Shown here: positions 44,601 through 53,000 of the stretch, in pieces
Position numbering within the stretch: position 1 is the stretch's first letter
Layout of the letters: each line of letters begins with the position of its first letter
Assembly (NCBI RefSeq): GCF_004010195.1
Contig: NC_057719.1
Span: 39,546,252 to 39,610,251, forward strand
Direction: 5' to 3'
Source: Chiloscyllium plagiosum
Taxonomy: Eukaryota
Length of the DNA stretch: 64,000 nucleotides
Program-made: the position numbers and the translations under genes
Notes under the pieces: model-generated
The model's input: the letters and a program-made list of their open reading frames with translations, nothing else
Told to the model about the DNA's origin: nothing
Databases searched by the model: none

Positions 44601-47600
44601 TCTTGCACTTTACCGGTGCTCACCTTAAGTAAGCTTCTCACTATTGTGTAGTTTTGAATTGTACAGGTTATTTGTTTGCATGATGTGTGTATGATTGGAA
44701 GCTATACAAATATATTATTCTTGGTGTACCAACTTCTAAATTATGTGCTAAGTCAAAGCAATGCTTCTATATACATAAGTGGACAAGAAGTCAGTTAAAA
44801 TAGGTTAATTTTTCAACAGGTGGAAGAAGTAAAACATTTGTTTGGCCAAACCAGAATTCTTGTAATCTCTTTGACCCAACTGTTTTCCATTATAAAAAGC
44901 AAGTGATCCTTGACTGTGTTCCCTGCCCAGCATTGACTCTCAACTTCCCAGTGACAAAAGTTCAGATCTCAAATATGATTTTGTATATGCAGCATTGCTT
45001 CTGGTCATCTCTGTAACTTTGTTTCTGCACTCTAGCTGCAAAATTCATCATTCCCTGACCCATCATCGACAACTTTTTGTCCCACTTTCTGGGATTCCCT
45101 CCAGTTCTGCATTAAGACCACAGCCCTCACACTTCCCGCCTCTCTCCTGTTTGGTGCCCCCTTTGCTCACTGATCATCTTGCTCACCATCTCCCTGCTCA
45201 TTGCTTTTTTCCCTAACATTTCTATTTGCAGCTCCTCTCACTGTCTCACTCAAGATCTCAGACGTAAAACAGGTGCAGGCGTGGGAGATGGTGGGCGAAA
45301 GAGAACCAGGGATGGGGTTGATTGGGGAGGTGGGGGTCAGCAAGCAGGAGGATCAGGAAGACATGGCCAGCAGGATTTAATTTTTATACAAAGAGTTAGC
45401 ATGTTGTGTCTATTTTTTAAAATTTATATTATTTTCAATATTATTTCATTTGCAAGAATGGAAATGTATGAATACATATTCGTTCAACTGAAAAGCGATA
45501 TTATATCTTAATGCTTTTTCTTCTGACAGGAAAGATCTTCTAAAACTTAACTACAGATTTTTACTTTGGTTCTGCTCGGAAAATCTGATTTGCTTTATGC
45601 GTTTCATTTAGCATTGCACTTTGCAGAAATGCAGCAAGGACTTTAAGCAAGGAATTACTGTCCAAATATTTTAGGCTTACACTCCCATCAATTTTGTTTA
45701 CCTTATTCCATCTTCCCTACAAAACACAAACATGATGACTTCTTCTTCAAACCACACCAGTTGAGGTTTGTAGAAAACAGTTCAGAAGGTTTCTCTTGTT
45801 GTAAGTGGCCTCTGCTCATGATAAAAGTGCAATTAGATAAAATCTTCTGCCATTGTAAGGAAATGCATGTTTCTGTCTGCATCAACATAAGTGATGAATT
45901 GGTTAGTCCTTGTGTGCAGTAGGTTATATAACACAAGCTTAAGAATTTTCTTCTTTCTTTAATTCCTTGTGCTTTCGGATTGCTTTCATTGAGGGTCCCA
46001 ACTGAACCTGAGAGAAACGGGAGATTTGAGGGCTCAAGGTGAGAATGCTTGTATGTTTAGTAGGTTTATGTCAATGCGACCAAATATTGCGCTATCAAAA
46101 ATGTTTTGTAGTCTCATTCCTGGAAAACATAATTTCAGGGAGTGTCGATACTTTTGATAAAGTTGTTGAAATATTGTTTGATATTTGATATATAGTAATA
46201 TGCGATATTGTAAGAATAATAACAGAGATTTTGAAATTGCAATATAGTTCTCTCAGTAGGTTTTAAATATTTTATTGTTAACATTGGTTAATTTATTTAA
46301 TACTTTTGGCCCAAAATTTGGGTCCCTTTTAGCACTTGAGCCCAAGATTCAAATTCGCTTTAGGTTGATTGTTTCGGGTGAAAGTTGTTTTTCATCCATT
46401 TGCTATCAGGAACGTATACCAAATTAGCCAATTTCAAAAGGGAGAGGCACGCTGAGCCAATCTATTCAAAGAGAAATGGTAATGTTTCAATCATGCTAAT
46501 GAGGATGAAGTATAAAAACTTGTATTTAAGCTATGGAAGGGTAGCAGAACTGTACAGCTGACTAATGCTATATTAGGCAATCTATGCGCCAACAATATAG
46601 GTGTCCAAATACTGTTTTCCATTTTGAAAACCTTTATCCTGATGCTGATTAGTTTACAATGATCTTATGTATAAGCTTTTTATTGATCAAGAAAGAACAA
46701 GCACTCCCACAACATACATTGTAAAATTCTTTTACAGAAAGTAGGTTAAATTTTCTGTGAAAAATAATCAAAAGGTGAGATAACTGCATGATGGATGCAG
46801 TCAACGCAATAATCAGAAAGACGTAAATTTAATTTTTGAAAATACTGTTATGGTACATGGCATAGGATTTGCCTGCTGAGAACATCAAGCTATCTGTTAT
46901 AATATTAGAATAGGTCCTTCCATCATACGATGTAACTGTTTATTAAATAGAATCGCAACAGTGCAGAAAGAGGCCATTCAGCCCATTGGGACCACGCCAA
47001 CACTCTGAAGAGCATCCCACCCAGACCCCCACCATATCCTGTAACCCCACATCTGCCTATGGCTAATCAACCGAGCCTATACATCCCTGAATACTAGAGA
47101 CAATTTCACCATGGCCAATTCACCTAACTTCCACTGTGGGAGAAAACCAGACCCCCCGGAGGAAACCCATACCAAAAAGGGGAGAATGTGCAAGCTCCAC
47201 ATAGACTGGAATCGAGGCTGGAATTTAACCTTGGTCCCTGGCGTTGTGAGACAGGAGTGCTTATCCCTAGATAGTTGAGGATGAAATTGGAGATTGATCA
47301 TTAGCTGCTTGACAGTTTGACCTGAACACAGTCATATATCCAGAATTTTACACATACCTAATTAGATTGCATAAAAGAAGCAAGCAATTGTAATGCATCC
47401 CCCAATTAGCTGTATACTGCCCACTGTGGACTCGATACTGAATCATGCTGCTCACTACTGCTTGGGAGCAGTTTATGGTACTTGTTGGTTGCCTACCAAG
47501 GGCTCAAACCACGATTTTCAGTTATCTGATCACCAACCAGCAATCCTCCTTGGAGGATAGTGAGAAATTTGGAGCAAGGACTTGTCTGCCAATGGGAGAT

Positions 47601-49671
47601 TGGAGCCAAGTGAATCTTCTCTGTACATACCTAATGCTCAATACCTGAGTCAAGCTGGTCAAGCCTTGCTCCATTGCAGTATTAGCAAGTGACTAGCAAA
47701 CTTAGATTTTCAACAACATGTTGAAAAGTGGATTTGCCACCAGCATGTAGGGCACTTCACCTCAGTTCCACTTAATTCTACAAACTGAAACCCTAAGTAA
47801 GGCTTGAGTAAACTGGATGAACAGTGGAAGGCAAGAAGGGTGTTCTGCAAGAAGGGTGCACAATTTTCGCTTGTTAAATTCTTGCACACTTGACTAACAC
47901 TATCTTTATCTGAGCTGAAAATGTGTTGCTGGAAAAGAGCAGCAAGTCAGGCAGCATCCAGGGAGCAGGAGAATCGACGTTTCGGGCATGAGCCCTTCTT
48001 CAGGAATCAGCCCTGAAGAAGGGCTCATGCCCGAAACGTCGATTCTCCTGCTCCTTGGATGCTGCCTGACCTGCTGCGCTTTTCCAACAACACATTTTCA
48101 GCTCTGATCTCCAGCATCTGCAGTCCTCACTTTCTCCTCCTAACACTATCTTTATACCATTCTTTTGATGTTTGGTAAGAAAGGGTGAATCCCTGAAATG
48201 AAAATTGACATCTCTATAACTTTCTCAACAATTTGGTTTGGAGAGGTTCTAAGATTATTATGGGTTTCTGTACATTTTAGATGGTAATGATAAAAAAATT
48301 ATTTTGGAACTTGTATCTTATTATTAAAAGCCCTTATTTTACTGCTATTTGAAACTTGCTAATATAATTTTTGCTCCATCTAACTTTCTAGTTTTTTTTT
48401 AATATGTTTTAACTGTGACTCGGAACACAATTCCACCTTATGGGCACAGCTGATTAGTCATTTTTTGCTTTTAAAATCTTTACACAAAAGACTAAAATGT
48501 TACTTGTTTAGAAAGATTATTGATTGACAGTTGGATATTACAAATCAATTGATGCAGAACTGCATTCCATTTTTTTATACATGAATCTGAGATTTTGCAT
48601 TAAATTTTACATTAGCAAATTAAACATTGGTGATATACTGCATATATAAAACCAAGATGGGCATCTGCAGATTGAAGTGTGCAGTTTGTTACACGTTTCT
48701 ACATTGCAATCCTGCAGAGATAGCTCCACGTCAAAGTGTTTCTTTTGAATTCATTTCCTCATGTTTTAATGTTAGGATATGCAAGCAGCATTCACTTTTG
48801 TCCCAGAAAAATCACACCATGCTAAGTTTGATAACATTCCCATGGCTGCAGCAGTTTTTATAAAATTGGCATTGCGCCATATTGGCGTTTGACATTCTTG
48901 CACAGAGCTCAAGTAGTGTCAGATGATCGTTGAGTTGGACTCCCGTTACTTAGCTTTTGCATGCTCAGATCACTGACTTTAGGTTATGTCACCACTTTCA
49001 ATATTTATCCAAAATCTTTTTGCAGTAAAAATGCAGCAATCCAAAAGTAACATTGCAGATTATGCTAAATTAATAAAGCATAATTCAAATTTCAGTTACA
49101 TGTTAAATAAAGTATCTGTTCATGTTTTAAGAGATCAGGTAAATTATTTTTCAGAAATATCACACTGCAGAGATTGAGAAACTAACTAACAACACAGGTT
49201 CGACTTCATGCATGCTTTTTGACAGACTGCATGTATTTATAAAATAGAGAACAAAAATAGAAGCAGCAGTGTGTAGTTCCATGTTCTGTTATTTGGCTGC
49301 TGAATTTTCTTTTTGTTTCCTGCAGTCGCAATGTATCTGGGGATCAAAAAGACGAAATCAAAGAAGCAAAGCCCCGTTCACTCCGATTTACCTGGAGTAT
49401 GAAAACGACCAGCTCCATGGATCCCAATGACATGATGAGAGAGATCCGAAAGGTTCTTGATGCAAACAATTGTGATTATGAACAGCGTGAGCGTTTCTTG
49501 CTCTTTTGTGTCCATGGCGATGGTCATGCAGAAAACCTTGTACAATGGGAGATGGAGGTCTGCAAACTGCCAAGACTGTCACTTAATGGAGTTCGTTTTA
49601 AGCGAATATCAGGAACATCCATAGCTTTTAAAAATATTGCTTCCAAAATTGCCAATGAATTAAGGCTGTAA
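2596..49671 (+). CDS. MARK3: MAP/microtubule affinity-regulating kinase 3, 3' portion (spliced; upstream exons lie outside the window)
   Basis: AG/GT-bounded exons join in consistent phase and give the kinase tail, UBA, spacer and KA1 domain. Peptides such as [16 protein letters not shown] and [15 protein letters not shown] match recalled MARK3 better than MARK1/2/4. Confidence 0.95.
2900..3445 (+). mobile_element. Old Penelope-like element 3' end
   Basis: Decayed endonuclease C-terminus-like coding ([13 protein letters not shown]...EHFIF) followed by the CACAGATGCT...TTTCAGATT terminal motif. Confidence 0.5.
4475..4720. mobile_element. Palindromic Penelope-terminus-like insertion within CR1
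   Basis: AATTGCTGGACAAGCTCAGCAGGTCTGGCAGCAT is inverted against ATGCTGCCAGACCTGCTGAGCTTTTCCAGCAATT, with an extra tail on the right. Confidence 0.7.
4938..5353. mobile_element. Non-autonomous Tc1/mariner (Tc2/pogo-like) DNA transposon
   Basis: Terminal inverted repeats ta|CCGTATATACTCTAGTAATAGTCG and CGGCTATCACTCGAGTATACACGC|tg; TA on the left flank. Confidence 0.7.
6061..6173 (+). CDS. MARK3: MARK3 exon, 113 nt (UBA domain)
   Basis: ttacag|AT...GAG|gtaag; (D)[37 protein letters not shown]; phase 1 to 0. Confidence 0.95.
6250..6525 (-). mobile_element. Deu-domain SINE relic (SacSINE1/AmnSINE1-like); similar relic near 27620-27880
   Basis: Reverse complement reads GAGTCAGAAGGTTGGGGTTCAAGCCCCA...TGCAGTATTGAGG...TTTCAGATGA. 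Confidence 0.55.
6933..7254 (-). mobile_element. tRNA-derived V-SINE (HE1-like)
   Basis: Reverse complement starts GGGCGGCACGGTGGCTCAGTGGTTAGCAC, has the V core GGGTTTCCTCCG...TCCCACAGTCCAAAGA and ends in (TCTAA)n. Confidence 0.88.
8718..9010 (+). mobile_element. HE1-like SINE, diverged
   Basis: GCACAGCGGCTCAGT head and ACACTGTAGGGATTCTATG tail. Confidence 0.75.
9625..12319. mobile_element. Inverted pair of Penelope-like 3' ends, left arm interrupted by CR1
   Basis: About 9668-11400 is the reverse complement of about 11450-12310. Both arms encode an endonuclease C-terminus ([25 protein letters not shown] and [23 protein letters not shown]). Candidate TSD CCTCATTA at 9617 and 12320. Confidence 0.8.
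10099..11109 (-). mobile_element. 5'-truncated CR1 LINE
   Basis: [16 protein letters not shown] and [11 protein letters not shown] motifs; AACAAAA duplicated at 10092-10098 and 11110-11116. Confidence 0.92.
12595..12751 (+). CDS. MARK3: MARK3 exon, 157 nt (spacer)
   Basis: ctctcag|TTGGAA...CATG|gtaag; [52 protein letters not shown]; phase 0 to 1. Confidence 0.95.
13068..13282 (+). CDS. MARK3: MARK3 exon, 215 nt (spacer)
   Basis: ttgaag|CTGGA...ACTAGT|gtaagt; (A)[26 protein letters not shown]...[16 protein letters not shown]; phase 1 to 0. Confidence 0.93.
14017..14120 (+). CDS. MARK3: MARK3 exon, 104 nt (MTRRNTY motif)
   Basis: tatcag|AATAAC...AACAG|gtaatt; [34 protein letters not shown]; phase 0 to 2. 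Confidence 0.95.
14536..14730 (+). CDS. MARK3: MARK3 probable cassette exon, 195 nt (RHQKSMS motif)
   Basis: cacag|CCTGACA...CCTAA|gtaagc; phase 2-2; (S)[13 protein letters not shown]...[33 protein letters not shown], resembling the SLTEM...RHQKSMS exon of MARK family members. Confidence 0.88.
15560..18460 (+). mobile_element. Degraded Penelope-like element (RT and GIY-YIG) with an inverted terminal copy
   Basis: About 16880-17800 reads [31 protein letters not shown] and MVYEF*CYC. The stretch from 15560 is an inverted copy of the terminal region ending at about 18460. CTGATGAGTGCAAG occurs at both ends. Confidence 0.7.
15856..16400 (-). mobile_element. CR1 3' end nested in the Penelope-like inverted arm
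   Basis: GTCATAGAGTCATA tail and the GAAACAGACCCTTCGGTCCAAC 3' UTR motif seen in other CR1 copies here. Confidence 0.8.
18746..19006 (+). CDS. MARK3: MARK3 exon, 261 nt (RSTFH motif)
   Basis: ttgtag|CACTG...AGAAG|gtgagt; [17 protein letters not shown]...[20 protein letters not shown]...[12 protein letters not shown]; phase 2-2. RSTFH is the known aPKC phosphorylation motif of PAR-1 kinases. Confidence 0.96.
20380..21200 (+). mobile_element. Highly degraded CR1 fragment
   Basis: Remnants of PQGSVL (CTGCCACAGGGATCTGTGCTA) and KFADD (AAATTCGTGATGAT). Confidence 0.5.
21230..22040 (+). mobile_element. Penelope-like 3' end: GIY-YIG endonuclease fragment and terminal repeat
   Basis: CKTCQH...[25 protein letters not shown], then a pyrimidine-rich UTR and a hammerhead-like core. 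Confidence 0.85.
21975..22001 (+). ncRNA. Minimal hammerhead ribozyme-like core
   Basis: CTGAAGA-A-GGGT-TAC-ACCC-GAAAC-GTT. Confidence 0.6.
22394..23030 (+). mobile_element. HE1-like SINE split by an antisense CR1 3' end (22678-22975)
   Basis: SINE head/core and tail flank a [11 protein letters not shown] fragment; AGTC duplicated at 22674 and 22976. Confidence 0.8.
23040..24560 (-). mobile_element. CR1 fragments (old RT piece and a younger 3' end at about 24165-24560)
   Basis: [37 protein letters not shown] tail. Confidence 0.7.
25120..25345 (+). mobile_element. tRNA-derived SINE, a further family
   Basis: A-box-like TAGCGCAGTTGG and B-box GGTTCAATTCC followed by non-tRNA body. Confidence 0.55.
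29003..29029 (+). CDS. MARK3: MARK3 27-nt microexon
   Basis: ttttaatttag|AAACATGTCTTTCAGGTTTTCCAAAAG|gtagga; (R)NMSFRFSK(R) versus recalled human RNMSFRFIKR; phase 2-2. Confidence 0.9.
32565..34071 (-). mobile_element. Young CR1 LINE, 5'-truncated, spanning a gap
   Basis: [14 protein letters not shown]...[13 protein letters not shown]...[13 protein letters not shown]. Confidence 0.92.
32927..33392. other. Assembly gap
   Basis: Run of N. Confidence 1.
34200..34690 (+). mobile_element. PIF/Harbinger transposase relic
   Basis: Frameshifted motifs in the expected order: [16 protein letters not shown](E)...[15 protein letters not shown]. Confidence 0.55.
35630..37805 (+). mobile_element. CR1/L2-group LINE of a second family with an embedded SINE (about 36990-37340)
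   Basis: [44 protein letters not shown]; tail GGGCAATAAAC...CACATCCCATGAGTGAATAAAA. Confidence 0.8.
37810..38670 (-). mobile_element. CR1 fragment
   Basis: Minus-strand [10 protein letters not shown]...DLGVLV. Confidence 0.75.
41338..41420 (+). CDS. MARK3: MARK3 frameshifting cassette exon, 83 nt, MARK4S-exon-like
   Basis: tttttcctcttctcag|GGTCACT...ACTGTTA|gtaagt; (R)[27 protein letters not shown]; phase 2 to 1; similar to recalled MARK4S RVTLDPSKRQNSNRCVSGASLPQGSKI. Confidence 0.85.
41925..42555 (+). mobile_element. CR1 3' end
   Basis: [15 protein letters not shown] and [26 protein letters not shown] tail. Confidence 0.85.
43660..43783. mobile_element. Short palindromic Penelope-terminus insertion, centre deleted
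   Basis: Inverted arms; TATAGTACTCTGAGA duplicated at 43645-43659 and 43784-43798. Confidence 0.85.
45994..46038 (+). CDS. MARK3: MARK3 45-nt exon, open in two frames
   Basis: ttcattgag|GGTCCC...TCAAG|gtgaga; main frame (R)[14 protein letters not shown]; alternative frame (R)[14 protein letters not shown]. Confidence 0.9.
46948..47265 (-). mobile_element. HE1-like SINE, diverged
   Basis: GGAGGAAACCC...GGGAGAATGTGCAAGCTCCACA core. Confidence 0.7.
47910..48139. mobile_element. Palindromic Penelope-terminus insertion with hammerhead cores on both strands
   Basis: About 95-bp near-perfect inverted arms around an AATCAGC spacer; CTAACACTATCTTTAT duplicated at 47894-47909 and 48140-48155. Confidence 0.88.
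48013..48040 (+). ncRNA. Minimal hammerhead ribozyme-like core (mirror copy on the minus strand at about 47976-48003)
   Basis: CTGAAGA-A-GGGC-TCAT-GCCC-GAAAC-GTC. Confidence 0.65.
49326..49671 (+). CDS. MARK3: MARK3 last coding exon (KA1 domain)
   Basis: tcctgcag|TCGCAAT; (S)[33 protein letters not shown]...[20 protein letters not shown] with TAA ending at 49671. Confidence 0.97.
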
Positions 49672-51133
49672 AATATGGCTAAGCTATAGTTTCAGGCGAC
49701 ATTTCATGAGTGTTTTTTTCTGAACACTGGTGGAAATTTATTGAAGAAAATGTATAGGATAATGCTTACGCAATAACTACTGCAATTTCAGATCATGGTA
49801 TTGGAAAACAGTGGAAATTCACAAGCTGCTGAGGGGATGGGGAAGTTGATCAAAGAATAGATTTTCTTTTTATAAAAGTGCACTACAGCAGTCAGTATCC
49901 TAATAACTGAACAGCTTGCCCCTTCATCTCAGTTACTTCACGTTTGTAATTGGCTTAGAGTCAGTTGCTTGTAAAACAAACTGGAAATGATTCATCCTGT
50001 GTAGGTATGATCCGTGTATGTATTAAAAAAATGTTCCAACAAAATCCTTCTCTTTAAAATGTTGTTGAATTGAGAGACCTGTTTTCAAACCTGTATATCT
50101 TCCACTGTTAGTACTGATTCAGGTGCTTAGCTTTTCAAAGACAACGAATTGTAAGAAACAAATAAACTCATTTTCCATCAGTTGTGTTTAATGGCCTTCT
50201 GACAATGGAGGTGTGTACCTATGAGCTAGTTGTTTCTGTAAAATATATTATAAAGCAAGAAATTCTGCTAATGGAAGAAACCTATCAGCTGTATTTAGGC
50301 CTGTGATGATATAAATTACCTGTGTTAAGCCAGGGGTGCTGTGATTTGGAAATGATTTAAGTACTGTAGATCACAGATGCTAAACCACACTTAGGATCTC
50401 TTTATTGTAGAAAATATCACCATCTAAGACTGTTCCTTAATCAATTAGGACATAAAATTATATGTTTATTGTTTGAGTTTCTTTACAGTAAAGCTTAGAT
50501 TGGAAACAGTTTTGTTCGGCCGTACTTTATTTAGCTGTAATTATTGTTAATAAGAATACAGTCTGTCCTCCACACATACTAGCTAAGTAAAAATGTCTTG
50601 AGTCTGTAATTTAACATTTGGCAGTATGGGACAATATTCATTTAAGTATGCGGTTTTTGTTTTTTTTCCAAACTATCAGCACTGTCCTTTGGAATGTAAA
50701 TAATGTAACTTAGTTTGCGGACAGTATCATACTGTTATACAGTTTTTTTTTCATTTTTTTAATGTTCTGTAATGAGCCAGGAGTTACAAATCAATGTAAG
50801 TTGTCAACATTTCAGGTTCACAACTCTTCATTAAAGGAAAAGAAACTAAAATGTATTTCTGAAATGTCACATATCAGTTTACTCACTGACAAATATGCAC
50901 ATAAATATATACACATATATACAATGTCTATCAGCCTATTAGCTATAAATATTTTATTCCTTGTATTTTTCCATTTTACACCAATGATTCCGTCCAAGTA
51001 TGTTGCTGTTTAGTCCACTAGCAACTAAGAATAGTATACACATGGATTGACATAAATCAAAACTAGTGAAATGGAAGGTCAAACCTTTTTGCTAAGTTTT
51101 TCCACTCATGTAATTCAAATACCAGAAAATAAA
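49672..51133 (+). other. MARK3: MARK3 3' UTR (end uncertain)
   Basis: AT-rich sequence with no recognisable repeats after the stop; candidate AATAAA at 50161-50166 and 51128-51133. Confidence 0.6.
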
Positions 51134-51744
51134 TTCTTCTCCATGTATAATGCACAAAGCACTGTATTTTTACAAATATTGTAGTCAAGTCACCTCACAT
51201 TCTTTAATATAATTCTAAACTACTGCTCAGTCTTTTGCTCAAATCTGACAATAGTGGCTTGTTTACTGTGGAGTTCTTCTTTGGAATGACACAATTTTTA
51301 ATATCTTTATTTGTTCACAGCTGAAAACTTACATCTAGGAGCCATTAGTCCTTCAATTCTGTGATCATTTGGATCAATACATTTTACATTATCTTTTACA
51401 TTTGCATTGTAGTGTTGAAACAAAATCCTTCAGAATGTATAAACTTTCTTATTTATCAAGGATCACATCCATATCTCCCATATCATCCTACAGGAAATTA
51501 TTTTTTCACCTGTAACAAGTACAGAATGTTATCTCTAAGGGTTAAAGAAGAAACATTTGAAGTAAGAACAATTGATGCAAGCTGAAGATGATTCATAGCC
51601 AGAAAATCCTTGCCAGCTAAGAGTCTTGTTTAAAGCATTTCTAGGGACCAACCTGAATTTTATCAATGTATTTTCAGAGACAGTCTCCTCATGAAACTAA
51701 GTGTGGCAGCCACTAAGTTTGTAAAGTGACAGAGATCTCTAGCA

Positions 51745-52434
51745 TGTTACGACACAGGGTGAACCCCTCTACTAACTTAAACCTGACACACAGAAAATCT
51801 TCACCCCGTGCTGTAATTGTGAAAATTCGAGAGGCCAGCACTATCCCAAAGGTCACTATTTAAAGTAAATATTAACAACTTTTTGTTTTAAAGTCTAACA
51901 GAGAATAATTAACTAATAATTTACAACTCCTTTCTCTAACCTATCTATTACTTTCCCTTCTTTAATACTGGTCTGATAAAAACCCCGATTAAGGTTTACC
52001 AGAAAATTCAAATTTCAAAACCAGATAGCTGTTAAATCTTTTTATATCTTCTTCTGTCTTCTACTTAGGGTTTCTGTTTCACTGGTTGTTGATCGCCAAA
52101 AGTACCTTTAAGAGAGCTATTCTGTGGACAGTCTGTATATGTTGGTGGCTTGACAGTTCTCCCCCAACTGTTCAATTTTTCCCAGTCTTATACTCCAAAG
52201 CATTGGATCATTTCATTGGTTTTAATATTGTCAAAACACCAAATTGAAACTTGATTGGGGTTTAGTATCGGGGCATAATTTAAACTGGCTGAATTTGAAT
52301 TTGTTTTTGTCTCATTGCAACCCTGATTACTACTAGCTGTTGGACCAAATGTTACATTGTAAATTCTCCAGCACTCTGCTTACTAAGTGCTTCAACTCTC
52401 TTAAAGGTACAGTACCCCTTACACCTTCATAACA
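51745..52434. mobile_element. Solo LTR, 690 bp
   Basis: Starts TGTTA and ends TAACA; AGCA duplicated at 51741-51744 and 52435-52438. Confidence 0.75.
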
Positions 52435-52769
52435 AGCATGTAACTCATAACCAGAAGGAGCTATCATAGTACAGTTGGAACCCCTAAGCAATAGTCTTCC
52501 AAGAACCAAACACTTAAACTGATGAAGGTTATCAAATGCTGCTGGAAATGCATTGTAAATATCATCCTGCAGAGTATAATTTCCCTTACAGACCAAAGTG
52601 GCACAAAGAGTTTGTGAAACCAAAACACATCTCCAGCATAAATAAAACCATACACCTTCACCTCGGTATTGAATAATCCTAGTGGCTTGCAGAAAAGTTT
52701 AACCTTTATTTAGCTCTGAAAATCTAAACTGTTCACGAAGAATCTGGAATGGTAAAAAAAGCCAGAAGA

Positions 52770-53000
52770 AGACCGGATGCTGTAATCCGAAACATTACAG
52801 GAATTGCAGAAAAAGCTCAATCAATAGGTGTTGCAGCATCTGTAGAGAGATATCAGAGTTAATGTTTCAGATCAAGTGAACCTTCCTCAGAAGTGGGGAA
52901 CAGTTCTAAGGGTCACTTGACCTGAAACAGTAACTAACTCTGATTTCCCTACACTGGTGCTGCCACACCTGAGCTTTTACCAGCAATTTGTGTTTTTGAC
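52770..53000. mobile_element. Degenerate palindromic Penelope-terminus-like insertion
   Basis: GTTTCAGATCAAGTGAACC is inverted against GGTCACTTGACCTGAAAC; same family as the copy at 4475. Confidence 0.6.

Noticed and set aside
47910..48139. Pre-miRNA hairpin
   Set aside because: Multi-copy in this window with TSDs, so better explained as a mobile-element palindrome.
2596..49671. Assignment as MARK4 because of the MARK4S-like exon
   Set aside because: The UBA, spacer, RNMSFRF microexon and KA1 sequences match recalled MARK3 much more closely.
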